From positions 12,593 through 76,592 of the forward strand of contig DJVP01000008.1 of NCBI GenBank assembly GCA_002441245.1: a stretch of 64,000 nt of DNA. The letters run 5' to 3'. The notes under the pieces are model-generated. The model did no database searches, was not told where the DNA came from, and worked only from the letters and a program-made list of their open reading frames with translations. The stretch's first letter is position 1. The number at the start of each line of letters is the position of its first letter. Source of the stretch: Candidatus Omnitrophica bacterium UBA6253. GTDB lineage: Bacteria > Omnitrophota > Gorgyraeia > Gygaellales > Profunditerraquicolaceae. Of this stretch, positions 38,339-47,674 are shown piece after piece. Both the position numbers and the translations under genes were made by a program.

Positions 38339-40269
38339 TATTTAAGCTCTAAAGGATTAATGCCGTAATAGGCAAAAATAGTATAAGCGGTTCCTGAAAC
38401 TGAACCAGTATGTTTACCTTTTGGCGTCATCCACCCATGCCCTGTATCTACATAATCCTGCGTGGCATAAGGCAGACATCCTTCACCCTGTCCAGATGGA
38501 GAGGGGCTGGAAATAATCATTTTACCTAACTGCCCGAGATAATTATCCGCTTTGTTCTGATAAACAGCAGCTTTGTCTGCTTCTCCTTTTTTAAGATAAT
38601 AATCTGCCATAATCTTAAATGACACAACCATCTGGGCTGTCCATTCACTTGAAACCACGCCCCCCCGGGAAACATTACGTTGCGGCGCGAAATCAAACCC
38701 CTGAATTTTAACTACCTGCCCACCCGGTCGGCTGAAATTAACCTCTACGCTGCAATTTTCTTCAACAAACTCCATAATCTTATCCGGGTCCATACCTATA
38801 CTCTTAAGCTTTGCCGGACCGATGGCAGCAATTGACCAGGCATAAGTATCTGTGGCAATAGTAGAATCACCTTTGCCGCGCTTAACCGGCAGGTCTTGCC
38901 TGTCATAAGTATGTTGCACCAACCAGCTTAGTGTTTTTTCCGCTGCCTGCTCATATTTATCCATATTAGTCACCCTGGCGAGCATTTTATAAAAAGCATA
39001 AGCATCCAAATGGTGTTCTGTAGAATACCAGCTCATCTGCGGCCCCCCGCGGATACCATTATCGGAATCAGAATTTTGTAACTTGATTATATTCTGGGCG
39101 ATCTCTTCTGCTATCCTTAAATATTTCTTATCACCGGTTGCCTGGGTATATTGAACGATAGAAAGCCCAAGCCAAATATTCGGCCCGCAATGCAACACAA
39201 ATTCCGCAGGAGCTCCATCATCAACATAATAAGCATTAAGAAACCACCCATCTTCCCGCTTGGCATCATTAGCAAAAAAATCAAGAATTTTCTTTGCACG
39301 GGAAAAATCTGAAAATTTATTATAAACTTGTATAAGCAAAGCCTGGTCATATAGAAATGCCCAACTGGCAATATCTTTATCTCCCTCAAAACTCATTACC
39401 AGGCCCGTACGAGGATTCTGACGAACCTTAAACCATTGATACATTTTATCCAAATTCGCTTTTTCCAAAACCACCTTTTTAGTCTCAAGGCGCAGCGATT
39501 CTGCTTGGACTGCCTTCTCATTTAATTGCAGGGCAACCAGCTTTGCCTGCAGGAGATCTCTTTCCTGGACAAGTTTTAAGATTACGCCATTTAATTCTTT
39601 TGTATTATCAACTACAGCTAAAGAGACCGATTCACTTTTCTTTTCAGAAACAGACTTAATTTGTGAAGCCAGCGTTTTGATCTTAACTTGCAAGACGGTT
39701 CTTTCCTGGGCTATCTGTTCTAGCTGCTGCTTCACAAGTTTGGACTCCTGCAATACCCCGACAAGCTCCTCAACAAGCATCTTATTCTTATGGGTCAGCT
39801 GTATATTTAAATATGCGCCAAACCCCAGAGATAAACTTAAAATTAAAATGGAGAGGGCTACAAAGGGAAGAAAAAGTTTCTTTGCCCAGGCATAACGTAT
39901 AAGCATATAATTCTGCCCCGGGTTAATCTTTTCATAATCCAGCCCCAGAAGATAGCGCTTTGTTAAACCGCCAATTTCTTTGGTCCAGGCCAAAGAAACC
40001 GATGCGCATACTGACTTTCCGCTCAATGGGATATCAATCTCTATAGCAAGTTTAACTTTTTTCTCCTGAATTAATTTGATCAACTCGGGCGAAAGATCAT
40101 TTACCGAAAGACAGATACCGCCATGCCCGATGTTATTAGTGAATCCTTGAACCCAAGGAGAAAGAGACTGTTTGCTATCTAAGCTTTCTAAACGGAACTG
40201 CACCGGCAAAACAGTATCCAAACGTATATATTTTCTGCGCTCTGCGCCTAAATTACTATGTTTCTTCAT
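38338..40269 (-). CDS. PilZ-domain, TM, coiled-coil, (alpha/alpha)6-barrel glycosidase-like fusion protein
   Basis: 643 aa. N-terminal RRKYIRL...DLSPELIK/NIGHGGI is PilZ-like (RxxxR ... D/NxSxxG). One TM helix and a coiled coil follow. The roughly 330-aa C-terminal domain has a six-hairpin glycosidase-like composition. Confidence 0.5.
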   Translation of the reverse strand: MKKHSNLGAERRKYIRLDTVLPVQFRLESLDSKQSLSPWVQGFTNNIGHGGICLSVNDLSPELIKLIQEKKVKLAIEIDIPLSGKSVCASVSLAWTKEIGGLTKRYLLGLDYEKINPGQNYMLIRYAWAKKLFLPFVALSILILSLSLGFGAYLNIQLTHKNKMLVEELVGVLQESKLVKQQLEQIAQERTVLQVKIKTLASQIKSVSEKKSESVSLAVVDNTKELNGVILKLVQERDLLQAKLVALQLNEKAVQAESLRLETKKVVLEKANLDKMYQWFKVRQNPRTGLVMSFEGDKDIASWAFLYDQALLIQVYNKFSDFSRAKKILDFFANDAKREDGWFLNAYYVDDGAPAEFVLHCGPNIWLGLSIVQYTQATGDKKYLRIAEEIAQNIIKLQNSDSDNGIRGGPQMSWYSTEHHLDAYAFYKMLARVTNMDKYEQAAEKTLSWLVQHTYDRQDLPVKRGKGDSTIATDTYAWSIAAIGPAKLKSIGMDPDKIMEFVEENCSVEVNFSRPGGQVVKIQGFDFAPQRNVSRGGVVSSEWTAQMVVSFKIMADYYLKKGEADKAAVYQNKADNYLGQLGKMIISSPSPSGQGEGCLPYATQDYVDTGHGWMTPKGKHTGSVSGTAYTIFAYYGINPLELK

Positions 40270-40351
40270 ATTTCCTATCTTTCATTTTAAATTTAACAGT
40301 CCGCATATATTATTTTAACCAGATTCCTTCGTGAATTCAACTCCAATATTG

Positions 40352-41173
40352 CTAAACTATCTCTAACCCTAGGATATTATCAATTTTAAATATACGCTCC
40401 TCTTTTTTTAAGCAGCAGAATCCAATTAAATATTTACTTTTTGTATCCTGGCGGATTTCCTTGGGGATTACCTCCCTCAAGGAGATACCTGCATCTTTTG
40501 TAGACAAATATTTTATCTTTAGGCGAGACTTTAAATTAATCGCTTTCTCAATCTGGGATATTTTTAAAAAAGTGGCGCTTCCCAAAGATTGCGGATTAAA
40601 TGCAAAGAGGCTGGAAAAACTGGGAAAATCCGCAATTCCTTTCTCCTGACAAACATCTTTAAGCTTATTAAAAACTTCCCAGGCTATTTCAACATCAGAA
40701 AAGGCGCGGTGCTGCTGCCGGTCCTTAATCCCCAGCTTATCAGCAATAAACCAAAGCGCATAACGCTGTTGATTGGGCATAAGGCGTTTTGCTATAGTCA
40801 ATATATCAAAGGATATCTGGTTGGCTAATGCCGGAAACCCTATAATTTTTAATTCGTTATTCAAGAAATTTAAATCAAACTCTACATTGTAGGAACACAG
40901 ATAACTGCCTTGTATAAAATCCAGGAATTTAGGCATCACTATCTCTATGCCCGGAGCATTCTTCAGCATTTCCTGGGTGATTTTATTTACCGCAAAGGCT
41001 TGCGGAGAAATTTCTTTTTCCGGATTAACTAAAGCGTCAAATTTAGCAAGTTTCTCCCTACCCCTGACTCTTAAGCCTGCTAACTCAACTATGCGGTCTC
41101 CGGAACCGGGGTTAAGCCCTGTGGTCTCAGTATCAAATATAGTAAACTCTATCTCGTCAATATGTTTAGACAT
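40352..41173 (-). CDS. DEDD-family 3'-5' exonuclease (DnaQ/epsilon-like) with a C-terminal extension
   Basis: 273 aa. The Exo I motif is FTIFDTETTGL, and an H-x4-D motif follows later. Confidence 0.75.
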   Translation of the reverse strand: MSKHIDEIEFTIFDTETTGLNPGSGDRIVELAGLRVRGREKLAKFDALVNPEKEISPQAFAVNKITQEMLKNAPGIEIVMPKFLDFIQGSYLCSYNVEFDLNFLNNELKIIGFPALANQISFDILTIAKRLMPNQQRYALWFIADKLGIKDRQQHRAFSDVEIAWEVFNKLKDVCQEKGIADFPSFSSLFAFNPQSLGSATFLKISQIEKAINLKSRLKIKYLSTKDAGISLREVIPKEIRQDTKSKYLIGFCCLKKEERIFKIDNILGLEIV

Positions 41174-42062
41174 CTCTGGTAGCGATATAGGCGGTGATCA
41201 GACGTTCCGGCTTATAAGAAAGCTTCACTTTACGTAAATTATCTAAACCTGAATCATCCATAATATTAATATAATTATAGTTTTTTAGTCCCCCGCTAAA
41301 CTTGCAGAAAATAAACTGCGCCAATCCTTTAATGGAAAGATCAGTCACTTCATAAAGTATGCAAAATGTGTCATTATTCAATTTATACCCAAAGGTAAAT
41401 CCCTTTATATTTTCATCAACCTTGACTGTTATACCTTTTAAATCCAGCTGCTCATAATTGGATAATGCCTCTTTAATCACTTTGCGGTTATCCTCAAGCA
41501 TGCCGCAATAAAAATCTTCATCGCAATGCGCTTTACGCTCTTCTATCCAATTATCGAATAAACTTAAGCAACCGGCCTCATCTTTTAATTTAAGCGTTGA
41601 AACTTCAAAGTTATAATGTTTAATAAAATAATTGTATGATGCTCGCTGAGATTTAAATTTATTCCCCCTAAGATTGGCCAGCTCGCTTCTTGAACAAAGA
41701 TAGTCAGGGTATTTCTGACGACAAAGATAGCCTGAGGCACGATAATATTCCAAATCCTCCTGTCCGATATTTTCAATGCGTGAGATATCTTTATTTTTGT
41801 TAATGCCATCCATAATCACAAATGACTGTTTTATTGCCAGGAGGCAAGGTTTTTCCCCTAGTGGCGGCAAGTACATAAAGCAACCGACCTTATCACGAAA
41901 AAATACACAGAGGCTGTTTTCAACTAATGTCCATTGGATATCAAAAATGGCTCGCCAAATATAGGTATTGGCAAAAGAAAAAGAGGCCAACTCATGCCTG
42001 GCAAAGGCAAGATGCTTATTAAACAACCCCTGGTCTCTTAAGGTTAATTTATTTAATTTCAT
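41166..42062 (-). CDS. DUF2156-family protein (MprF/lysyl-phosphatidylglycerol synthase C-terminal-like, GNAT/Fem-like fold)
   Basis: 298 aa and soluble. Its length and pattern are consistent with stand-alone DUF2156 proteins. I assigned it from memory of the family, not by an HMM. Confidence 0.5.
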   Translation of the reverse strand: MKLNKLTLRDQGLFNKHLAFARHELASFSFANTYIWRAIFDIQWTLVENSLCVFFRDKVGCFMYLPPLGEKPCLLAIKQSFVIMDGINKNKDISRIENIGQEDLEYYRASGYLCRQKYPDYLCSRSELANLRGNKFKSQRASYNYFIKHYNFEVSTLKLKDEAGCLSLFDNWIEERKAHCDEDFYCGMLEDNRKVIKEALSNYEQLDLKGITVKVDENIKGFTFGYKLNNDTFCILYEVTDLSIKGLAQFIFCKFSGGLKNYNYINIMDDSGLDNLRKVKLSYKPERLITAYIATRDV

Positions 42063-42558
42063 GGGGCAATTTTAATTCGGCAACCTCTCTTACCTCTTCA
42101 TAGGCCTGGACGATCTGGGGGTTATCTTTCAATATCTCCAATTGTCCCGGAGAATTAAGGTATCCGGAAAGATAAGCGATATAATCCTTGGCCTCCTGGC
42201 TATTTATTTTTTCACAAACATAAGGGCAATTTAAATCAACGGTCAAAAGTAATTTATCTTTACGTAAATTAATCAAAAAAGGGTACAGTTGGCATTCGAA
42301 TGGCCGCATATCATAAATTCTGCACATATTATTCGAGGCACCTAAAAACGGGCATATAAAATCTGCACCATCGGGATTAGGTATTGGTTGTATACGCCGA
42401 TCAATAGAAATAGAGGCAGCAGGAATGCCTTCTTTATCCAGTAACCCCTGGATTTCCTCATCCAAAAGACATGGGCTCCATACTGAATTAGCTTCTTTAA
42501 AGCGGCAACAACCCTGGCATTTAAGACAAAACTCCTGCGGGACGAATTGTTTAATCAT
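42049..42558 (-). CDS. YkgJ-family cysteine-cluster protein (PF03692)
   Basis: 169 aa. CLKCQGCC is followed by CPF...C..Y..RP..C, the YkgJ Cys pattern. Confidence 0.65.
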   Translation of the reverse strand: MIKQFVPQEFCLKCQGCCRFKEANSVWSPCLLDEEIQGLLDKEGIPAASISIDRRIQPIPNPDGADFICPFLGASNNMCRIYDMRPFECQLYPFLINLRKDKLLLTVDLNCPYVCEKINSQEAKDYIAYLSGYLNSPGQLEILKDNPQIVQAYEEVREVAELKLPHEIK

Positions 42559-42875
42559 TTTACAAGACTCCCCAATTTAAGCTTTTTATCAGGGCTAAGA
42601 ATAGCCAAAGCATTCTCATCAGAGCCGGCTAAAATCATCCCCTGGCTTTCTACTCCGCGCAAGATTGCCGGCTCAAGGTTATCTACTAAAACTACCTGTT
42701 TGCCCAAAAGCTCTTCCTTAGGATAAAAGTTCCTGATCCCGGCAACCACCTGTTTCTGCCTATCTCCTAAATCCAAGGTTAAAATCAACAATTTATCCGC
42801 ATTCGGATGATCGTTAACCTCTTTTATCTCTGCTATTCTCAAATCTAGTTTCCTAAAATCATCAATGGTTGCCAT
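42555..42875 (-). CDS. tRNA-binding protein (Trbp111/CsaA-like OB-fold; MetRS C-terminal-like)
   Basis: 106 aa. LDLRIAEIKEVNDHPNADKLLILTLDLGD...GMILA matches the tRNA-binding EMAP-like domain. Confidence 0.75.
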   Translation of the reverse strand: MATIDDFRKLDLRIAEIKEVNDHPNADKLLILTLDLGDRQKQVVAGIRNFYPKEELLGKQVVLVDNLEPAILRGVESQGMILAGSDENALAILSPDKKLKLGSLVK

Positions 42876-42887
42876 TTTAACTCCTCT

Positions 42888-44401
42888 CTAGAATTTTAAC
42901 TCTACATAAAACTCAAACTGGTAGGCATTGTTTGCCGATCCATCGCCGCGCAAATAAGGACTAAATAAACTCCCGTCTGTATCATCGCGTTTTTCTTTAT
43001 AGAATTTCCCGGGATAAAACACCCACCCAGGAAACCAATGGTCATATGCTCGCTTGCCTTATAATCAATATAAATATCCACCTCATAACCTAAATCCCGG
43101 GAAAGGTATTTTCCTTGACCATCTAAAGTCCCCACGGGCCGGCTAAAGGAACTCAAATAATATCCATAAAGACTTATACAAAGCTTATCCGTAAAATTAT
43201 AGTCGAATCCGACTGAAGGCATAATCAGGTTTTCAAAATCCCCCGAAGAAAACGTACCCGGGCGCGGGACTCCATAATTTAAGCCATAGCCACCTCCCAT
43301 TGCTACAATGGGAAGCATATCTACATTACTGCTGCTTATCGTATCCCCTAAATTCATATTAGTAGGGGAATAATAGCTAAAGGCGCGATTCTTGCTTCCG
43401 GGATACAAAGTATCCTTGTTTTCCGCCATTTCCGGAGTAGTCTTATTTCCGGAACAAAGCAGGAATTGCAACTCCGGGACGAAGTTGCCAAAGGTGTAAT
43501 CTAACCCGGAATAAAACATGTACCCTGTATGCCGAATATCCTTATAATCACTATCCTGACTCTGGGCATAACCAAAGTTATGCGCAGCTTCTAATTTTAA
43601 TGTAAAATCATCGGCTGCATACTCCCAGGCAGTCCCAAAAGTACCCAGCAAGTCTCTTTTTATGCGAGCAGTAAAAAGATTGTCTCTTTTGCCATTAGAA
43701 GTATAATCTGCCAGCATGCCTACATACGGCCAAAAGGTCTGTTTGCCCACGGCAATCTTAACATCTGTGGCAAAAAAATTAGCCGCATTGGGTTCATATT
43801 TTTGCCCCTGCTCTTCTTCCTGTTTAATATGGGGTCCTAAATGATTTTTATAAACTAAATCTGGGCGGCAATAATAAAGTCGCCAAAAATAATTTTGCGC
43901 CTCTTGATAAAGGCTGACTCCGTAATTTTCATAACCGCCATTTAGACTAAAGCCATTTCCTACTTCATAAACATACATCCCGGTCTTAAGGCCAAAATTG
44001 CCCCAAAGTTTATTATCTAACCAAAGCTCCTCAACCTGAGGCAGTAATTCTGTGTTACGGTATTTCTCTACCCTTCCTCCGGAGTTAATCAATGTGTTAT
44101 GAATAAAAATTGGAGCGCTGTAATCGTATGGCCCGTTACGTTCCAGCTTAATATAAAATTTATTTCCTGAATCTTTAAAATCAGCACTGAAGGCAAAACT
44201 ATAATCAATGCCTAAATAAACAGTGTGGTCATCTTTATTATGGCTGTCTAAATCTACTACGTTCTTAAAACTTACCAGGTCCGCGCGAAAGTAAGTATCT
44301 ATCCCCAAAGCTAATTGTTCCGTATTAAACAATTCATAGCTATGTGCCTTGGCTATAAGATTAAGGATTATAATCAAAGAAAGTAAAACTTTCTTTATCA
44401 T
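42888..44401 (-). CDS. Outer-membrane beta-barrel protein; apparent frameshift near its 3' end
   Basis: Has a signal peptide and an aromatic-rich alternating sequence. The annotated frame ends ...PTSLSFM. The +2 frame over the last 150 nt reads ...SPYLRGDGSANNAYQFEFYVELKF*, which is a classic OMP C-terminal beta-signal. Confidence 0.5.
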
Positions 44402-44519
44402 CTTCCGGGTTTACCGGGGGAATTTGTATCTAAAAACTTAAGATTATGGTAACACTTACGGCGGGAAAACTCAAGGCAAAAGACGCCTTAAGAAAACCTT
44501 AATAGGAGGGGAAAAAATA

Positions 44520-44598
44520 TGGCGGGGCCGACGAGATTTGGACTCGCGATTTCCTCCGTGACAGGGAGGCGCCTTAAACCAGACTAGGCCACGACCCC
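44520..44598 (-). tRNA. tRNA-Asp (GTC) with an encoded CCA
   Basis: Manual cloverleaf. Acceptor GGGGTCG pairs with CGGCCCC (including one G-U). D-arm GCCT/AGGC. Anticodon arm CCTCC-CTGTCAC-GGAGG. T-arm GCGAG-TCCAAAT-CTCGT. Discriminator G, then CCA. Confidence 0.65.
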
Positions 44599-44672
44599 CG
44601 CAAATATTTAAATTTTAGGATTTATTATACTTTCTTTTAAACTAAAGTCCACTACTTATTTTTACTGTTTAA

Positions 44673-44749
44673 TGGTGGGCGATAGAGGAGTTGAACCCCT
44701 GACCTTCTGAATGTAAATCAGACGCTCTAACCAACTGAGCTAATCGCCC
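44673..44749 (-). tRNA. tRNA-Val (TAC) with an encoded CCA
   Basis: Manual cloverleaf. Acceptor GGGCGAT pairs with ATCGCCC. D-arm GCTC/GAGC with loop AGTTGGTTA. Anticodon arm TCTGA-TTTACAT-TCAGA. T-loop TTCAACT. Discriminator A, then CCA. Confidence 0.8.
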
Positions 44750-44817
44750 CAAGATTTAAGTTTTTATACTTTCGATTAGTGAAATCCTCGCAGGAGATGA
44801 ACTAATCGCCCCAGGTT

Positions 44818-45276
44818 TTATAATCCAGATAACTTTCCCAGGATAATTAATGTAAAAACCATTACAAAAAGCGCAACCGTTTCAACAATGCCTATAACAG
44901 CCAGGTAATTTCCGAAACCCTTGCCGGTCTCACCCATAGCATCGCAGGCACAGGCAGCGCATTTACCTTGAAAATAAGCAGAAAACCCTATAGCCAAGCC
45001 GGCAAAAGCTCCTATGCCCCAAAGATATTGCCCTTTATTGGCCAACTCGACCATTTTAGTCATTACAATATTACCATAAATTGTCTGCGTAAGAGGCGCA
45101 CCGACCAAGGCAACCAGTAAAAACGAAGCGCTTTTGTTCTGGTTAAAATTTTTCTTCCATGCCCCTATCGCCGCCATCCCTGCTACGCCTGTGCCTGCGG
45201 CAGAGCCCAAAGCCGAAAGGCCAAGCACTAATTCTAGCCCCAAATCCTTAAACTGCATTAAAGTTCCTGCTTCCAT
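44818..45276 (-). CDS. atpK: V/A-type ATPase subunit K (proteolipid c)
   Basis: 152 aa with four TM helices. Gly/Ala-rich with a conserved Glu in the last helix. Confidence 0.8.
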   Translation of the reverse strand: MEAGTLMQFKDLGLELVLGLSALGSAAGTGVAGMAAIGAWKKNFNQNKSASFLLVALVGAPLTQTIYGNIVMTKMVELANKGQYLWGIGAFAGLAIGFSAYFQGKCAACACDAMGETGKGFGNYLAVIGIVETVALFVMVFTLIILGKLSGL

Positions 45277-47060
45277 TTTAATTCTCCTTCTTTCTTGCAG
45301 AACGGTTTATAAGCAAAGCCATCCCAAGCAACATTTGCGTGGCTGCAAAACTCCAGCACATTAAGCCTTACACCATGGACCAAAACCGACATCGGCCCTA
45401 AAATAATATTAAGCATATGGCCGCTGACAATAACCAAAGCAGCCATAACTATAGTTAAAAAATCTCCTTTTTGGATTATTCCGGCAGCCATAGCGTTAAA
45501 AGCATCTGCGATAGCTACAGTTGCCAACCCCACTGCAAAAAGACGTATATAGGAAACTACGTCCGTAAAATTATTTACCAGGCTTAAGGCTATTTTTCCC
45601 AAACCTGCTCCGAGCGTTTTAAAGATATTCTTTTGCGGGCTGCTAAAGAATAAAACCAAAACCAATCCTGCCACAATCAACCAGCTCCCGAATGACGGGA
45701 AGGATTCGCTTAAAAGCAGGTTTTTTGCCAGGAAAAATACTGCCCAGATAATGGAAATCCATCCTATCTCCGCCAAAGCCGATAAATCCGGAGCCTTCAA
45801 TGCCGCCCTCCAGCCATGAGCCAAAGATAAATGTAAGGCACCAATAAAAAAACATAACCCTTGGACAAATGACGCATTGAGCAGAACCGGAACCAAGGGC
45901 TTTATCCCCAGGCTTAACAACCATTCCTGGCCAAAGAACGTAGCGGTCAATAACCCCCATATAATAGCGCAAAAACTTAGGATATAAAAGAGAAAAAAGG
46001 TGCCTTTATCTTTAGTTTTATATCCAATTTTCCTATGAACCCAAAAGGTAAGCAACAGATAAACCGCTCCGTATCCGGCATCACCAATAAGTATGCCAAA
46101 GAAAAGGCTGAAAAATATAATAAAAAGTGGGCTGATATCAATCTCCCTGTACCCGGGAACAAGTTCTAATAATCTTAGTACCGGTCTTATAAGTGCGATC
46201 CAGGCAGGATTACGCACCAGGGTTGGCACAGAATCCTCCTTATCGGGCTCTAAAGTTAAGATTCCCCATCCGTTTTGCTTTGCCTGTTTAAAGAGCATAC
46301 CTTCTGCCTCAACCGGGATATAACCTTTCAGGTAGGTAATCTCATTTACCTGTCCCATACCCTTTAATACTGAATAGAAATCTTTTTGATTCAAAAGAAA
46401 TCCCTCAGCACTAACAAGGTCATTATTATAAATCAAATACTCGGATAATTCTTCTCTTATGTTTACCATGATCTTGGCATCTTCGCTAAGCCTGTTTTTC
46501 ATCCCGGATAATGAGGCCCTAGGTAATTCCAGCTCCTTAAAACCAATATTAATATCTTCTTGCGCTACAACTAAACAATTCACTAACGCACCCTGTGTAG
46601 AAATCTTTTTTAAAAGTAAGCCTGGCTGTAAATTATTAACCTTATCCTTGGGGATCTGAACAAACTTAATAAAAATGTTCCTTTCCCGCAGGGCATTTAT
46701 TTGAGCGGGATCAAAATCACCCCAAGGCTCCCATAAATCTATCCGGTTATTCAAAGTTACCGAATATTCTTTTAGTTGGTTGTATCTTTTCTGTAAATCA
46801 ATTATGTGGCGGCAAACAGTTTGCAAATCACCTGACTTATGGATTATATATTTTGATGGATGCTTCTGTCCTGCTGAAGATAAAATAGACCTCGCCTGCT
46901 CAATCAAGCTTAACTTTTCGCTGATCTCATTAAGTTCAAGCCCTGAAGGAGTGTGCTCATGTTCGACATGCACAACCCCCAAGGTGCCTAAACTTTCCAA
47001 AGCGGCATGCGCCTGGTTCTCTTGAATGAGCAAAAAAACTTTTTTCATTTTAACAATCAT
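45258..47060 (-). CDS. atpI: V/A-type ATPase subunit I (a subunit)
   Basis: 600 aa. A soluble N-terminal half is followed by a polytopic C-terminal half with a conserved Arg-containing helix. Confidence 0.8.
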   Translation of the reverse strand: MIVKMKKVFLLIQENQAHAALESLGTLGVVHVEHEHTPSGLELNEISEKLSLIEQARSILSSAGQKHPSKYIIHKSGDLQTVCRHIIDLQKRYNQLKEYSVTLNNRIDLWEPWGDFDPAQINALRERNIFIKFVQIPKDKVNNLQPGLLLKKISTQGALVNCLVVAQEDINIGFKELELPRASLSGMKNRLSEDAKIMVNIREELSEYLIYNNDLVSAEGFLLNQKDFYSVLKGMGQVNEITYLKGYIPVEAEGMLFKQAKQNGWGILTLEPDKEDSVPTLVRNPAWIALIRPVLRLLELVPGYREIDISPLFIIFFSLFFGILIGDAGYGAVYLLLTFWVHRKIGYKTKDKGTFFLFYILSFCAIIWGLLTATFFGQEWLLSLGIKPLVPVLLNASFVQGLCFFIGALHLSLAHGWRAALKAPDLSALAEIGWISIIWAVFFLAKNLLLSESFPSFGSWLIVAGLVLVLFFSSPQKNIFKTLGAGLGKIALSLVNNFTDVVSYIRLFAVGLATVAIADAFNAMAAGIIQKGDFLTIVMAALVIVSGHMLNIILGPMSVLVHGVRLNVLEFCSHANVAWDGFAYKPFCKKEGELKWKQEL

Positions 47061-47674
47061 GCCAGCGCCTCTTCTAAAACCAGATCTTCAATCTTTCTCT
47101 TGGCAATTTTACTGCGGCCTACGGCATTAGCCATCTGATCACCGATATAAATCTTAATTAACCGGATATTTTCCTCGGCCAGCGGAATTTTTACCTTCTC
47201 AAAAAGATTCACTCTTTGCGTAGTCACCCGCAATTCCTGCCGTAAAATATCAATCCCTTCTTGGAGCAATAGGATTTTCTTATTTAAAACAATTACTTCT
47301 CTTAAAGCCAAAATCGCCGCATCCAGCCATAAAGGCATAAGGAATAAATCATATTCTTGATCGCTGAATTCTAACGCATCAAATACAGGAATATCAACAC
47401 CGGCAATATTCTTTTGATGGGTAATTATTCTTTCTGTTTTTAAGAACAGTTTGATCTTTACCTCAGGTTCGGCCAACAAACCAGCCCACAAAATAATCGC
47501 CTGTCTTTTTTTGGTCAGTGTTTGTTTTATGTCCCGAAGGGCTAAATTTTGTTGTAGAATTTCTAACTGCAACTGCTGTTTTTTCAATTGCAAGGTAGGA
47601 AGATATCGTTGGAACTGTTTTAATGCATCACGCTGCCTTTTTAATTCGCCTTTGGTAAGCTTGATTTTTGCCAT
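47057..47674 (-). CDS. atpD: V/A-type ATPase subunit D
   Basis: 205 aa coiled-coil protein. The N-terminus KIKLTKGELKRQRDALKQFQRYLPTL is typical of NtpD. Confidence 0.85.
   Translation of the reverse strand: MAKIKLTKGELKRQRDALKQFQRYLPTLQLKKQQLQLEILQQNLALRDIKQTLTKKRQAIILWAGLLAEPEVKIKLFLKTERIITHQKNIAGVDIPVFDALEFSDQEYDLFLMPLWLDAAILALREVIVLNKKILLLQEGIDILRQELRVTTQRVNLFEKVKIPLAEENIRLIKIYIGDQMANAVGRSKIAKRKIEDLVLEEALA

Noticed and set aside
44521-44601. Plus-strand reading of this segment as a tRNA-Val(GAC) or as a tmRNA 5' end (GGGGCCGACGAG...)
   Set aside because: The plus strand only forms the anticodon hairpin. No D-arm or acceptor pairing is consistent, and a tmRNA here would overlap the minus-strand tRNA-Val. 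The minus strand gives a complete cloverleaf for tRNA-Asp(GTC) with CCA.
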